Of a stretch of 64,000 nt of DNA, positions 49,601 to 60,342 are shown piece after piece. Source of the DNA: Entomortierella parvispora E1425 (lineage: Eukaryota; Fungi; Mortierellomycota); contig BQFW01000001.1 in the NCBI GenBank assembly GCA_020891255.1, forward strand, positions 620,001 to 684,000. Reading direction: 5' to 3'. The notes under the pieces were generated by a model, which saw only the letters and a list, made by a program, of their open reading frames with translations, was not told the DNA's origin and searched no databases. Within the stretch, counting starts at the first letter, position 1. Each line of letters starts with the position of its first letter. Made by a program: the position numbers and the translations under genes.

Positions 49601-49616
49601 CAGAAAGTTGTGGCAT
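43633..49616 (-). CDS. NLR-like protein: helical N-terminus + ARM-like domain + NACHT NTPase + ~18 HEAT repeats; apparent frameshift in exon 1
   Basis: Inferred exons 49616-49347, 49260-47777, 47672-43633. Walker A GRAGIGKST (~47134-47160), Walker B VLFILDGLDE, HVIITSRP, winged-helix HFLHLTFQEYFAA, then 31-aa HEAT units. Confidence 0.9.
43930..45690 (-). repeat. 93-bp coding tandem repeat array (17 clear + 1 degenerate HEAT units)
   Basis: Consensus SSLPESAIQSLIATLKDDDxxVRxSAAxALG, counted from the translation. Confidence 0.92.
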
Positions 49617-51518
49617 GCTAAGATTACCACGAAACTGGACACATAGGATGGGTTAGGAATAATCCCCAAATATAGAGTCTCGTCGGCCGTAGATCCGGTA
49701 TTTACCTTGAAGGTCGTTGGAAACTCTGGTCGTCGAGAAGTACACGTTTATAAGATAGCAGCGAGGATAGAGGTAGGAACGAAGTTGATCTTGAAGACGG
49801 AGATGTTACGAACAAGAGCGGGAAAAATGGAAAACGAAACCAAAGAAGAGTTGCTCCTGCACTGGTCCCTTTTGTTGTTGGCAAAGTACAACAGGTGAGA
49901 GTACGCACTTGTACGACATGGCCATCCCTTGCTTTGCTTTGCCGTTGCATCGCCCCTCCTCTACAGCCAAGAAAATTGTTTTCAACAGGCATCCACAAAC
50001 GGTGATGAAAGAATGGGACTACATGGAGGTGCATGGAGGTGCATGGAAGTATGGATGCAGAGTAACAGAAAGCGAACTCTCGTGTGTTTGGTGGCGTCAA
50101 TTTGAGTGGTCGGATTGGTGGCATATGGTCTTTGGTGAGTATCCCTCCTTCTCCTCCTCTCCTCCGAGCGTGCTATGTACTGTCGGCTTAAGAGTGGCAC
50201 CTGTTTCCAAGGGTTCTAATGGGAGCATCGATACAAGGACGGAGGTGAAAGGCAAGGAACGATACATACGTAGACTCACGACCATGTCGATGATCGAAGA
50301 CGAGATCACGTGCAATCTCGATTTGCTCACTCTCACCACCAGACTCACTCGCCACCCCTTCATCTCTTCTAACAAGCAAACAAGACATTCACTCAAAGGA
50401 AGATTGTCGGGAACACGGCCGACCAAGGATGGACTGATGGCCCATGACACTGCAGGAGCTTCCATCCTCTTCCTTCACTCTATGCCATTGCCATTTCAAG
50501 GACATGGATGCATCCCCTCGCTGTGGCCACAGGAATGAGAATGAATATTGCTTGGATGTCATTCAAGGAAATGGTCCCTCCTCTCCATGCCCGAGGACAA
50601 CATCGCGACAGAAGTCTGATTGCCAGGGTTCATGGCATGGACAGAGATGCACAAGGAGAGCATGGCCACGCTGAGGCGCCACCTGGGATGGTGGATGCAT
50701 TTGAGGACTTGGATGAGCAGATCGTGGCTCAGCGTGCCAGTCCGGATCTAGACCACATGATAGAGTCAGATGTGATCATTGACAAGAATCCACGGATATG
50801 TACCTTGGTGGTCCACATCGTCGAAAGTTGAGACGTGTCTTCAAAGGTGAGCATATTTGACGAGGGTTTTTCTGTGTAAATCTACTTGGAGGGCATTTTA
50901 TTGGAAGTGCAGAGGACTGACCGTTTCACCTTTTTTTTTTTTTTTTTTATCTCTCTATAGCAAAACCTGCACTTGTGGCGGATGGAGAGGCTCCAACAAA
51001 ATAAGGGCCCTGTACCGAAGAAACATTGAGCAAAAACTGTGCTAGCGATGAGTGCGGAAGAAACGGACGAGGGCGACTTGTTTTCACCAAGGCAACTGTC
51101 GACTCCATCAATAAGACCAGCTCAGGAGGCAGAGATACGAAAGACATAATATGTCCTCCCAGATGACGTTCATTTCTCGTCCAGCGACGGTTCATGATAT
51201 CATGATACCATTGTTTATTGTAAGTCAAACTTGTGCTTTTGCTATGACTAGTCGTGTACTGAATTACAATGTTCATCAACCTTTTATTCGTACTCTTCTG
51301 TTTTGTAGATCAAGTCCAAGGACAAATGGGTTACCTGCAGCAGCCTCACGAGAGCCAGAGTGTCGTAAGATGGGCAGTCATGGTGTCTGTCTGAGGATTA
51401 TATTATGACTCTGAAGTTGCTCATGGCTCATATATCCTAATGTCTCTCTTAGTCACAATCCACACCCCATGATGAACAGTTCTGGGCCTCTCACACGAAC
51501 AATGCAGACAAAGGAGAT

Positions 51519-51830
51519 ATGGCGGCTATGACAGAACAACTGGGCCAGACTCAGATCTACAACGACTATGTAGAGGATGACGATGACGAACATGGATTCC
51601 AGGAACAAGGATTCTTTGGACCAGGAGGGATGGAAGCTGGCGCTAATGAGACGCTGCTTGGTCTTGGGTTTGGACTTGAGAGCCAGGGCGATGGCAACGA
51701 CTATGCCAGTCAACGAGTTTCTAAGCCCAAGAGAGTCAAGACGGCCTAGAAGATAGACGTGAAGGATCTGAAGTTGCCCACCAGCACTAGAGGTACTCAC
51801 ACATGCAGGTTCTATTCGCAGTTGACCGCT
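51519..51830 (+). pseudogene. Decayed gene fragment (acidic N-terminus, in-frame TAG at 51747-51749)
   Basis: MAAMTEQLGQTQIYNDYVEDDDDE...KRVKTA*KIDVKDLKLP continues protein-like past the stop; family not identified. Confidence 0.35.
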
Positions 51831-52299
51831 GACTTCAAGAAAACCAAGGTTGGGTCTCTATGAAAATCTGTGTCAGGCAAAAAGCAGATCTCAGTTGCAG
51901 CCACACCGGTTGCTTGCGGACTGTGCATGGAACAGGACACGGATCTCTCGTTGCGAGCAAGTTATGCAAGCCATTATATTATTTGTATGTTTGTATGAAG
52001 CAAGGACCAAGGGTGTCGTGGCCGCTAACGATGCGTTCCCTCTAGTCTCTGAACCGCCAATCGTGCCAGGTCCAAAGGTCACCAGGTTGAGGTCAGCACG
52101 GACAAATCGTCAGCGTTTGCCAAATAAAACCTCCCCGGAAAGCGGCCGGTGCATCAACCGACAGCCTCCGCCAACGGCTGTTCGGGCGAGGACAAGGGCA
52201 AGGAGAAAAGCCCCAGTGCTTCCAAGCCCCTCCGCTTCTCCTCCTGAGCCATTTTCCCTATCAATTATCTCCTCCAATATCGTCAAGACCGCGAGCATG

Positions 52300-52494
52300 G
52301 GCCATGACAAGTTTGCGGCTACTCCGTTCTCGTCTCCTGTTGGGCAGTCCAGTCAGTTTCAGCGACATGTAACCGCAGCTCATGCTGATCCACCTGTAAG
52401 TAACTATGCAGCTCTTGGATTTGACCAGTGTGCTTCTCCTACACAAATTAAAGATGTCCATTATCTACGAACCCTGCCAGCAGGATGTACGTAA
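52300..52494 (+). pseudogene. Possible truncated J-domain fragment
   Basis: NYAALGFDQCASPTQIKD resembles DnaJ helix I-II, but there is no HPD motif and it ends shortly before repeat copy C. Confidence 0.3.
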
Positions 52495-52609
52495 TGTAGT
52501 ATATCCTCATCCGTTCTTTGTTGACAAAAGAAAAGAAAAAAACCCCGAAAAACAGAAATGAAATCAGACTTGAACCGTGCACAAGAGGACAGATCAAAAC
52601 AACGGGCTC

Positions 52610-54396
52610 TAATTGGGCGAAGCACGTTTTTCCCCCTGGCGTCTCTCCCGTCTGCTCTCCTCTTCTGGTCTTCTCATGTCTCCATTTCTCCATGCCCTGC
52701 TTGCATCGCCCCATTCCACCATTCTTTCTCCATCACCGCTCCTTCATCCATGCACATTAGCCTCCATTCACTCCATCTCTCAGTCATTGACTTGAGGCAT
52801 CTCTCGATTCTCTTGCCAGGGCGCGTTTAACAGGCTTAGGGCAGACTACTGAGGTCCAAAAGACCCGATCTCCTTCACAATGGTTGCCTTGGCTGACTTT
52901 CTTCCTTTCAAACAAGATCATTCACACATGATGAGATTGACTTTAGTGGCGGGACAAATGGTCTAATGTTTATTCATCACCAACTTTGTAAAGTAGTTTT
53001 TTTTTTTTTGAAGTCCTTTTTTTTTGGTCAGAATCAGAGAGAGAAAACAAGAACTTTAATAGAGAGCTTTAAAAGGGAGTACTATGGAAGTGGAAGAGAG
53101 TGCTTTGGGAGGGAAGGGAGTGATTTGGAAGTGGAAAAGAAGAGGAGAAAAGGTAAGTTTCGAAGAAAAAAATGGTTGTGGAAGGGACAAAGTGAGTTGT
53201 ACCAAGTCCCCCGATGTTTGTTATAGATGCTGACGACTGCGTGCCATCACCACATCCCATCGGCATCATGGATTTGTGGAAGAAACAAAGAGCAGCACCA
53301 AGTCCCCGATGTTCGCTGACGACTCTGAGCCATCACCTCATCACATCGGCATCATGGATTACCGCCCACTATCCTAACTATACTAGGGCTAAACTAACTA
53401 GTCTAGAAGCGAAGGAAGGGGGACGGAAGGTAAAGGAAGTTTTCTCTCTTGATCTTGATTTCTTGTTTCTTGTTTCTCGTTTCTCGGATGGGGGGCCCAA
53501 GACCAAAGAGGGCAGGGTGGCGACTGCGTTTGAGAGGCAGGCCAGGTGGTCTTGAGGGCCAAGGTCAAGTCTGAAAGCGCTAGACGACCTTGAGGCCGAG
53601 GGAGGCCGAGGCTTGGGCCGGCGCAGGCAAGCGGGCAAGCGGTCTTGAGTCCGAGGCGGGTCTTGAGGGCCGAGGCCAAGCCATGATAAGGCAGTCAACT
53701 TTGAGGCCGAGGCTTGAGCTTGGAAGGGCAGGCAACTTTGCGGCCAGAGACCTGAAAGGGCAGGCAGGTTTGCGGCCAGAGTCTTGGAAGGGCAGGAGAG
53801 GTGGGCCGGGAGATCAAGACCATCGGGACCGGGGCCAAGGAGGGCAGGACTGAAGCTGAAGAGCCGATGTTGTTGGACCGGAGACACTTGTTGCTGGCCG
53901 AGGGGAGGATGGCAGCATGGTGGTGTGTGCTTTGTGTGCTTTGTGTGTTTGGAAGGGGAGTGAAGAAGAAATGAAGGATGAGGAGCAAAAAAAGGAAGGG
54001 GATTGTGGGGGGGTATTTGTATGAAAAGTAATTAACTTAACGACTGCGGCCCCTCCACATGAGGGAGGGGGGACATCGATTGGTCCAAGGGTGAGAGAAC
54101 AGCGAAGGAAGGATGGCGATTGGCCCGCCGAAACAAGTGAAAGAAAAGATTGGCGAACGAGCAGACGTTAACTTTTGGGTGTGGAGTGAAAATAAGGGAA
54201 CTGGCTGCGAGGACGCGAGGTCAGACGCGCCATTTTGCCATGGAGAATGAAAATAAGGGAATTGGCCGCGCGTGAACGGGTCATTTTTGCATGGAAGATG
54301 AAAATGAGGTGGCGGATGGCGACGCGTTTTCCTTTTGGAAATTTGGTGAATTTCTGAAAAATGAAAGATGGCTTGGCGGAGGAAAACAAAACAACA
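52610..54396 (-). repeat. Unclassified interspersed repeat, copy C
   Basis: Same orientation as copy A; shares its internal tandem arrays and the end ...GGAAAACAAAACAACA. The left boundary is approximate. Confidence 0.85.
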
Positions 54397-54815
54397 GTCT
54401 CAAACAGGGCCACGGACGCGTTTGACATTGCTATAGACCCACCACCTTGAACTAGAACGTGCCAATCAAAACACCTTGCTGAGGCCTCAGCACAGACAAA
54501 TCTCCAGCTCTTGCCAAAAAAATGACTGTTTGGTCAAGGGAAAGGGACTGTGCACATGGGTAGATGGCAAGTTCCCGGTCACTCAATCCTCGTCTCCTGT
54601 GGGGCATTCCACACACCCACAGAGACATGTTCCACGTATAAATACGCTGCAATCCTTGGAACTGACCAGTGTGTCTCTCCTGTGCAGTTGGATAAAAAAT
54701 TAAAAAAAAAAAAAAAAAAAAAGGAACCTCAATTTGCTTGGAGACACATCCAGTGGGTATATGTGACCCCCATGCTTGCTTTTATTGGACACCATGGAGA
54801 ATACCAGATATTCTC

Positions 54816-56719
54816 TCACGAATCTATCTCGACGAGTGTTAAAGCGCGCTGGTGGCGTGGAACAGGATTCTTGATTCGCGAGAGGGGAGGCCCTGGAACA
54901 GTACTGCGCTGCCCTCTGGAAGGCTCTTGGATCGGCGCCTGTGGCTCCGGAGCTCGATCAGCCTTCCTTTCATCAGATGTGCTACTCGTCTGTTCTTCCG
55001 ATACCCCAGAAGTTGACACAGCTGAATGTGATGGGCTGCTGAAAGGAAAACTCTCCTCAAAGATATACCGAGGTTCAGACTCGAACAGGGTCTGCAATTG
55101 CCAATCATCTGAGGCTGAGAGGTGCGTTCCGTCCAGGCCTTGTGCACCACAGAATGATGCTGACGAATCAGGGCGTGGATCGTAACTACACGTGTTGCTG
55201 CCGATATCGTTGTCAATTCCTTGGAGCAAGCCAACGTCCACTGCAACCTGTTGACTCAACATCGTCTCGAAAGAGGGAGTGGTCGTCAAAGAAAAAAATG
55301 GCGCATTGCCTTCGTCCGAACAAACTCCATTCCAGTCGGTGCAGTACATTTGCGAAAGAGGGTCGTTGACCGGCTGCAGCTGGGGCATTGGGGGGTCAAC
55401 GTATGCCGCTGCTACTCCCCCATTGGTACCTTCAGCAGCCCGATGCTCTTTCTCCGCCATGTTGAGGTCTTTGCTCATCGCAGTGACATCTTGTGCGACG
55501 CAGTTGGTGTCCAGTTCCTCTCCTGAGGAGTCCCCTTCTTCTGGTAGTTCTTTGGAATGAAGCTCGCGTACCAATCGTGTCTCCTTCTTTAGCTTGGCTC
55601 TCCTGTTCTGAAACCAGATCTGGATTGTCCTCGGAGTCAACTTTAACTCATCTGCGAATCGGAGACGGTCCTTTGCAGATGGCTTCTCCATTTGGTGGAA
55701 CTTTCGCAGAAGGTACTCGGTCTCGTCTGGAGTCAATCGCCTTCGGCGAGTGTTGTCAATCTCAGAGGTCCCGTCTTCATCAGGAGTTTCACATGTCAGA
55801 GCATCGAGAGTGTCACTGCTGGAGCTGCCGCGACCGTTGATCAGGGCTGTATCTCGCTTGGTACCCTGTGTCTGCTTTGGCGGTTGGATTTTGTGGATGC
55901 CTCTTGAGCCCAACTGATCAGATTTTTCCTTTGTAGTCCTCCAAGGGTATTTGCGCCTCTGGTAAGACCTTGGGAATGTTGCGCTTTGACCGATCAAATA
56001 ATTCTTTGGGATGGGATCAGGCTCAGGCTCATTCGATCCCTCAAGTACCCCGAAAGCTCTTGCCATAGAATGAAACGAAGACAGTAACAAGACATTGTTG
56101 GTTCCCTGGTACAGAGCTTCGGGTGCCCCAGGTGCTTCAGGTGCTTCAGGTGCTTCTTGTTGCGACACCTCAGGCTGAAAGGATCCAAAACACGACTCAG
56201 ATGGTGGTAACGCAACAGCGGAGAAGAAAGTTTCTTGGGGGTAGAAGTCATCACCTATAAATGAACGACACCCATCAAGGATAATCACTTGTAAGTTTTT
56301 ACTGGACCCGGTCAGTCTAAGGAAGATAGGGGCCATAGAGTTTGTGCCTCACCCTCGGGTTGCTGAGGCGCTATCTCAGCAGAATGAGCCTTCATCTCCT
56401 CTATCGTTTGCATCGGCCACCATGGCCATTGCATGTATGGCGCTTCTAACGGCTGCGATTCAAAAGGGTATAAATCCTGTAGAAGATCAGGAGGTAGAGG
56501 TTCGGCATCGGTTTCTGTCGCAAGCCCGATTGGATCCAGCCTGTCGATCCCTACCCCCATGGTTGGGTCGTGCAAGTTTTGGTGCGGTATCATGCTTTGG
56601 AGTAGAACATCAGAGATGGTAGGTCCACTGAAGAAACGTTGAGATTCGGCTTGGAATTGCCGCGTTGCATTTGTCCTTGAACTCCCCAACACTGGATCGG
56701 GCGCCATGGTCATGAACAT
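54816..56719 (-). CDS. Homeodomain transcription factor
   Basis: RRRRLTPDETEYLLRKFHQMEKPSAKDRLRFADELKLTPRTIQIWFQNRRAKLKK (Q50 class). An intron at 56288-56352 joins ORF 56312-56719 in frame. The start codon is uncertain. Confidence 0.88.
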
Positions 56720-57289
56720 ACACTTGTGATCGGCTGAATCAAGGAATTGAGGATAGGGAAATGGAGGGATGAACCGAAAAAGACGTTGTCAGAAGCGACT
56801 TTACACTCTTGCCGGAAGGTTTTTCTTTGCAGCCGAGCTCGACGCCTGAGGAACACCTGACGCGTTGATGGCCTTGATGGCCATGATGGCCTCCTTTGTG
56901 GAAACAACACCCCATGGGGAGACCAACGCTTCTGAGAAGCAGCCAAAGCGGTTGGTAATGATTCTGGAAAGACTTAAATCGCCGAGAATGTCCATCCTTC
57001 CGATCGCTGATGGATCCCATCACGGCCCGTCGCGTTTTTTTCTTAACGCGCCACCAAAGTGCCGGCACACACTCACAGCCAAGAGTGGTTGACAAGTCGA
57101 CCCTTCATCCACCTGTTGGGCTGTGTGGCAAAAAGCGAGAGCATCAATTAGTAACCACATGAGAAATGGTGCCACAGAGAAATTTCAAGGGGACCGAGAA
57201 TAAATTCCAGGATGCGGTCAACACAGCTTTGCCTCTTTGCCTCTTGCCGAAAAACATTTCATCCTTCCTCTTTTTTTTCCCTCAAAGCC

Positions 57290-58363
57290 ATGTGGTCAGT
57301 CAATTCTGTTGCTATCTTCGAGTCGTGGTGGATCGTTGGCGTTATTATTATCGTAGCCGCTACCTTCGTTTCATTGTGCTGTGCGGGCCGACATATCGCG
57401 TGGAAGGTCATCTGTTTCCTTACAATCCTCGACTTTGTGGCATATTTCGACGGTGTCTCGCTCTGGTGGGTTCTGGGCGTTCCTGCAGGATTAATCGGAT
57501 TTATCATTGCCGCTGCCATTATTTTTGTCTGTTGCGGCAAGGCTGAGGATGAGGATCGTCCTCGCCCATGGTCAACTCCACATTTTACAAGTAGCGAGCG
57601 TGAGAGAAGGCTGCTGCTGCCCTTCAACACCCAACAGCTTACCCCCACATACAGAAGCGCACCTGCACCTACAGCTTCAAGATATGGGTCCGATTTGCGG
57701 ACACCACCAGCAAGATCACCTCTAACAGCCACACCGGGGAGAGCGCTGACAATACCAAGGACAACGCTGACACCAATACCGGGGAGACCGCTAACAACAC
57801 CAGGGAAACCTCTGGAAAGCGTTGTGCAGACAAGCCCTCGTCCTGTTCGTAAAGGTGGCAATCAATCAGAAATCGCTGCGCGAGAAAGCGATGGCGCGCG
57901 TCTTCATTCGGCAGTTACTGAAGTGGCTGGAGACTCGTACCAATATTACGAGCATGTCAAGGAAGATACCAGCCTCGAGAATAGGCGAACCGTCCGTGGA
58001 GTTTTTAAATGCTACAGTAACAAGTGCTTCACACCGAAAAAGGGTCATGATGGCGAGCCACGCACATGGGACTCCAACAGCGTCTGTGTTCAAATCTGGA
58101 TGTCAAAGACTGGCAGCCACTATCGAACCCGTGTACATTCTCAACAATGCAATAGGTGCAACACGTATGTCGTGGCTGAGCTGGACAAAGATGACTATGC
58201 CACAAAGGTTGTCAAGGTGTTGGATGAGTGGTCAGGACTGCACTCGAAGCTCAAGCCAATCCAGCGCTTTCCTCCAACTGGCCCACACCAAACAAACAAA
58301 TGCCATGCTTGCAAAATTGGAATCTGCCCTTCGAGGCCCAAAGACTTGCAAAAACACTCATAG
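57290..58363 (+). CDS. zf-3CxxC (RTP-like) protein with ~3 N-terminal transmembrane segments
   Basis: ATG 57290. Hydrophobic stretches WIVGVIIIVAATFVSLCC, IAWKVICFLTIL, LWWVLGVPAGLIGFIIAAAIIFVCC; T/P linker; VRGVFKCYSNKC...RTWDS...HSQQCNRC...HQTNKCHACKIGIC. Confidence 0.85.
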   Translation: MWSVNSVAIFESWWIVGVIIIVAATFVSLCCAGRHIAWKVICFLTILDFVAYFDGVSLWWVLGVPAGLIGFIIAAAIIFVCCGKAEDEDRPRPWSTPHFTSSERERRLLLPFNTQQLTPTYRSAPAPTASRYGSDLRTPPARSPLTATPGRALTIPRTTLTPIPGRPLTTPGKPLESVVQTSPRPVRKGGNQSEIAARESDGARLHSAVTEVAGDSYQYYEHVKEDTSLENRRTVRGVFKCYSNKCFTPKKGHDGEPRTWDSNSVCVQIWMSKTGSHYRTRVHSQQCNRCNTYVVAELDKDDYATKVVKVLDEWSGLHSKLKPIQRFPPTGPHQTNKCHACKIGICPSRPKDLQKHS

Positions 58364-58804
58364 TTTTGTCTGTTGTTTTCCCCAGATCAAACTTCAAATA
58401 TCCTCCAATTCTGCATGTTGAGTAAACCTATCCTGCACCCCTCTTTCCTCTGCAGATCAAGATTTGCATGAATCTTCATGGGTCTACGTTTGACCTCTGA
58501 ACTATAACTCTCTCTGTTGTTGAAATGAAAGTGGAGCCTTGCTACTGCTGGTTCCATGATGATTTTGTCTTTGGTACCTTGAGCCTCAGTGGAAATGCGG
58601 GTTGACGCAATTGATCAATCTCAAGGACTCGGGTCCAGGGGACCGACACGGTCCAAGTGCTTGGACTCTTTGGACTGTTTGGAGTGATATTTTTGGACAA
58701 AAAAAAAAAAAAAAAATGGTTGCACAGAGAAATTTCATGGCATAAAGGCAAAGTCAGCTCCTTGTCTCTCTCCTTTCCTCCATCTCCATTCCCTCCATTG
58801 CGCC

Positions 58805-59641
58805 ATGTGGTGGATCATTTCTGTCACGGCAGCAATCTGGGCACTCCATGAACCCAACCCTCTACGAAATGTCGCATGCTGCCTTGTAATCTGGTGGATA
58901 CAAGGCAGTCTGGCTGCATTCAGCATGCTAGGGATTCTTCTTTTGATTGCTCTCATTAAGATGCTGCATGCGAACGTAACGGAGACTCATTCACACCGTG
59001 TACCTTCAACGAATGTGGCGCCTTCTAATTCACATCGACCATCAACCGAGACTCCATCCCCTGAAGCATTGCAATATCTCCACCAGCTACAGCTCTGCAT
59101 ATCTACCTATCAATCTCAAGCAACGCCAAAAGCTTTGCAACCTCCATCCAGCACCTCATATTATAAGAAGACAGTTCGGGCGCAAACTTCTCAATTCGAA
59201 ATTGAGGGCGACTGGGACTTTCACCAGGCAGTATTGGGACAAATTGGCCACAGGTACCAATACGACGCTCAGATGAGCCTGGCCATGTTTTCGGCCACCC
59301 GATCTGTCTTTGGAGTTTTCAAATGCTACAAATGCAAGAACTTCTATCATGATCCACGCGTTTGGAGTTCGTCGGTGATATGTGTCCAGATCTGGATATC
59401 ACACGCAGGCCAGTATCGAACTCGTCTGTACTCTCAACAGTGCCTGCGCTGCCACACGTATGTCATGCCCGAACCTGACAAAGACGATTATGTCACTAAG
59501 GTTGTCCAGGTATTGGATCACTGGACAGGTCAAAACACGCCGGTCAGGCCGCTCCAGTACCGCTCCACAGCCGGCCCGCACATGACAGACAAATGCTCTG
59601 CCTGCCAAAAAGGCGTCTGCCCTGCAAGACCCAAAGTGTAG
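58805..59641 (+). CDS. zf-3CxxC (RTP-like) protein with N-terminal transmembrane segments; tandem paralog
   Basis: VFGVFKCYKC...RVWSS...YSQQCLRC...EPDKDDYVTKVV.VLD.W...HMTDKCSACQKGVC, collinear with the 57290 gene. Confidence 0.85.
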   Translation: MWWIISVTAAIWALHEPNPLRNVACCLVIWWIQGSLAAFSMLGILLLIALIKMLHANVTETHSHRVPSTNVAPSNSHRPSTETPSPEALQYLHQLQLCISTYQSQATPKALQPPSSTSYYKKTVRAQTSQFEIEGDWDFHQAVLGQIGHRYQYDAQMSLAMFSATRSVFGVFKCYKCKNFYHDPRVWSSSVICVQIWISHAGQYRTRLYSQQCLRCHTYVMPEPDKDDYVTKVVQVLDHWTGQNTPVRPLQYRSTAGPHMTDKCSACQKGVCPARPKV

Positions 59642-60061
59642 CGAAGCTCCTACCTTTCTGCTGCCTTCTTCTCATTAATATTGCACTCCTCTTGCTTTGC
59701 CTTTCTTTCCAATTCGAGATTAAGAATAAACCCACCACTGCTCTCTCCATTTCCCGAAACCGAAGATTCAGAAGTGGGTTCGCGGTCGATTTACGATTGC
59801 GCTTGAAGAAAAGGTGGATATCTCGCTTCTCTTTGCCTTGCTGCCGGGCTTGGACTTTGTTCTATAGCTAGACTGACATCTGCGTTCATGTTCTCCACGT
59901 TGGGACGAAATAGCTTTACAAGAAAATTCTCTCGCTTCAGCTCAGCATCACGGCAGAATTTTCCCTCGAAGAGCAGTACACAGTTTTGAGCACGATGACA
60001 ACAGTGTTTAGGACCAACGAGCAAAAGAACCTGATCTGCGGACAGACTTTATTTCTTATCT

Positions 60062-60286
60062 CTACCACGGTGTCCATCTAAAGTCGACTTGGCAACCTGG
60101 AACCTTCTCTACCATCACTTTTAAATAATATTTCATATATTCGCCATGAACTTTTCGATCCCAATCACTGTCTCCAAGGATAATTTGTTTGAGAGACGTT
60201 ATCCCAAGCCCGGAGGGCACAGAATCGACCACGGCTCGGTTGTGCTCCACATAAGCTGAAAAAAGGGTCTTAAACTGGAATTGCAA
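60062..60286 (-). other. Diverged duplicate of the C-terminal segment of the adjacent LRR gene (alternative last exon or relic)
   Basis: AVVDSVP...SLKQII...YMKYYLKVMVEKVPGCQV aligns with SVVESVP...ALKELI...YLEYYTKLIEERVPGCVV. Confidence 0.6.
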
Positions 60287-60342
60287 AAGGGTATCGTGAA
60301 CATCGTTCTTTTTTTTTAATTCCCAAATGCACTATTATAATA

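Noticed and set aside
51519-51830. UPF1/NAM7 N-terminal fragment
   Set aside because: The acidic start is suggestive, but the diagnostic HAC.YCG zinc-knuckle is absent.
59791-60024. 77-aa minus-strand ORF downstream of the duplicated LRR tail
   Set aside because: Short, no motif, and it overlaps the convergent 3' region; insufficient support.
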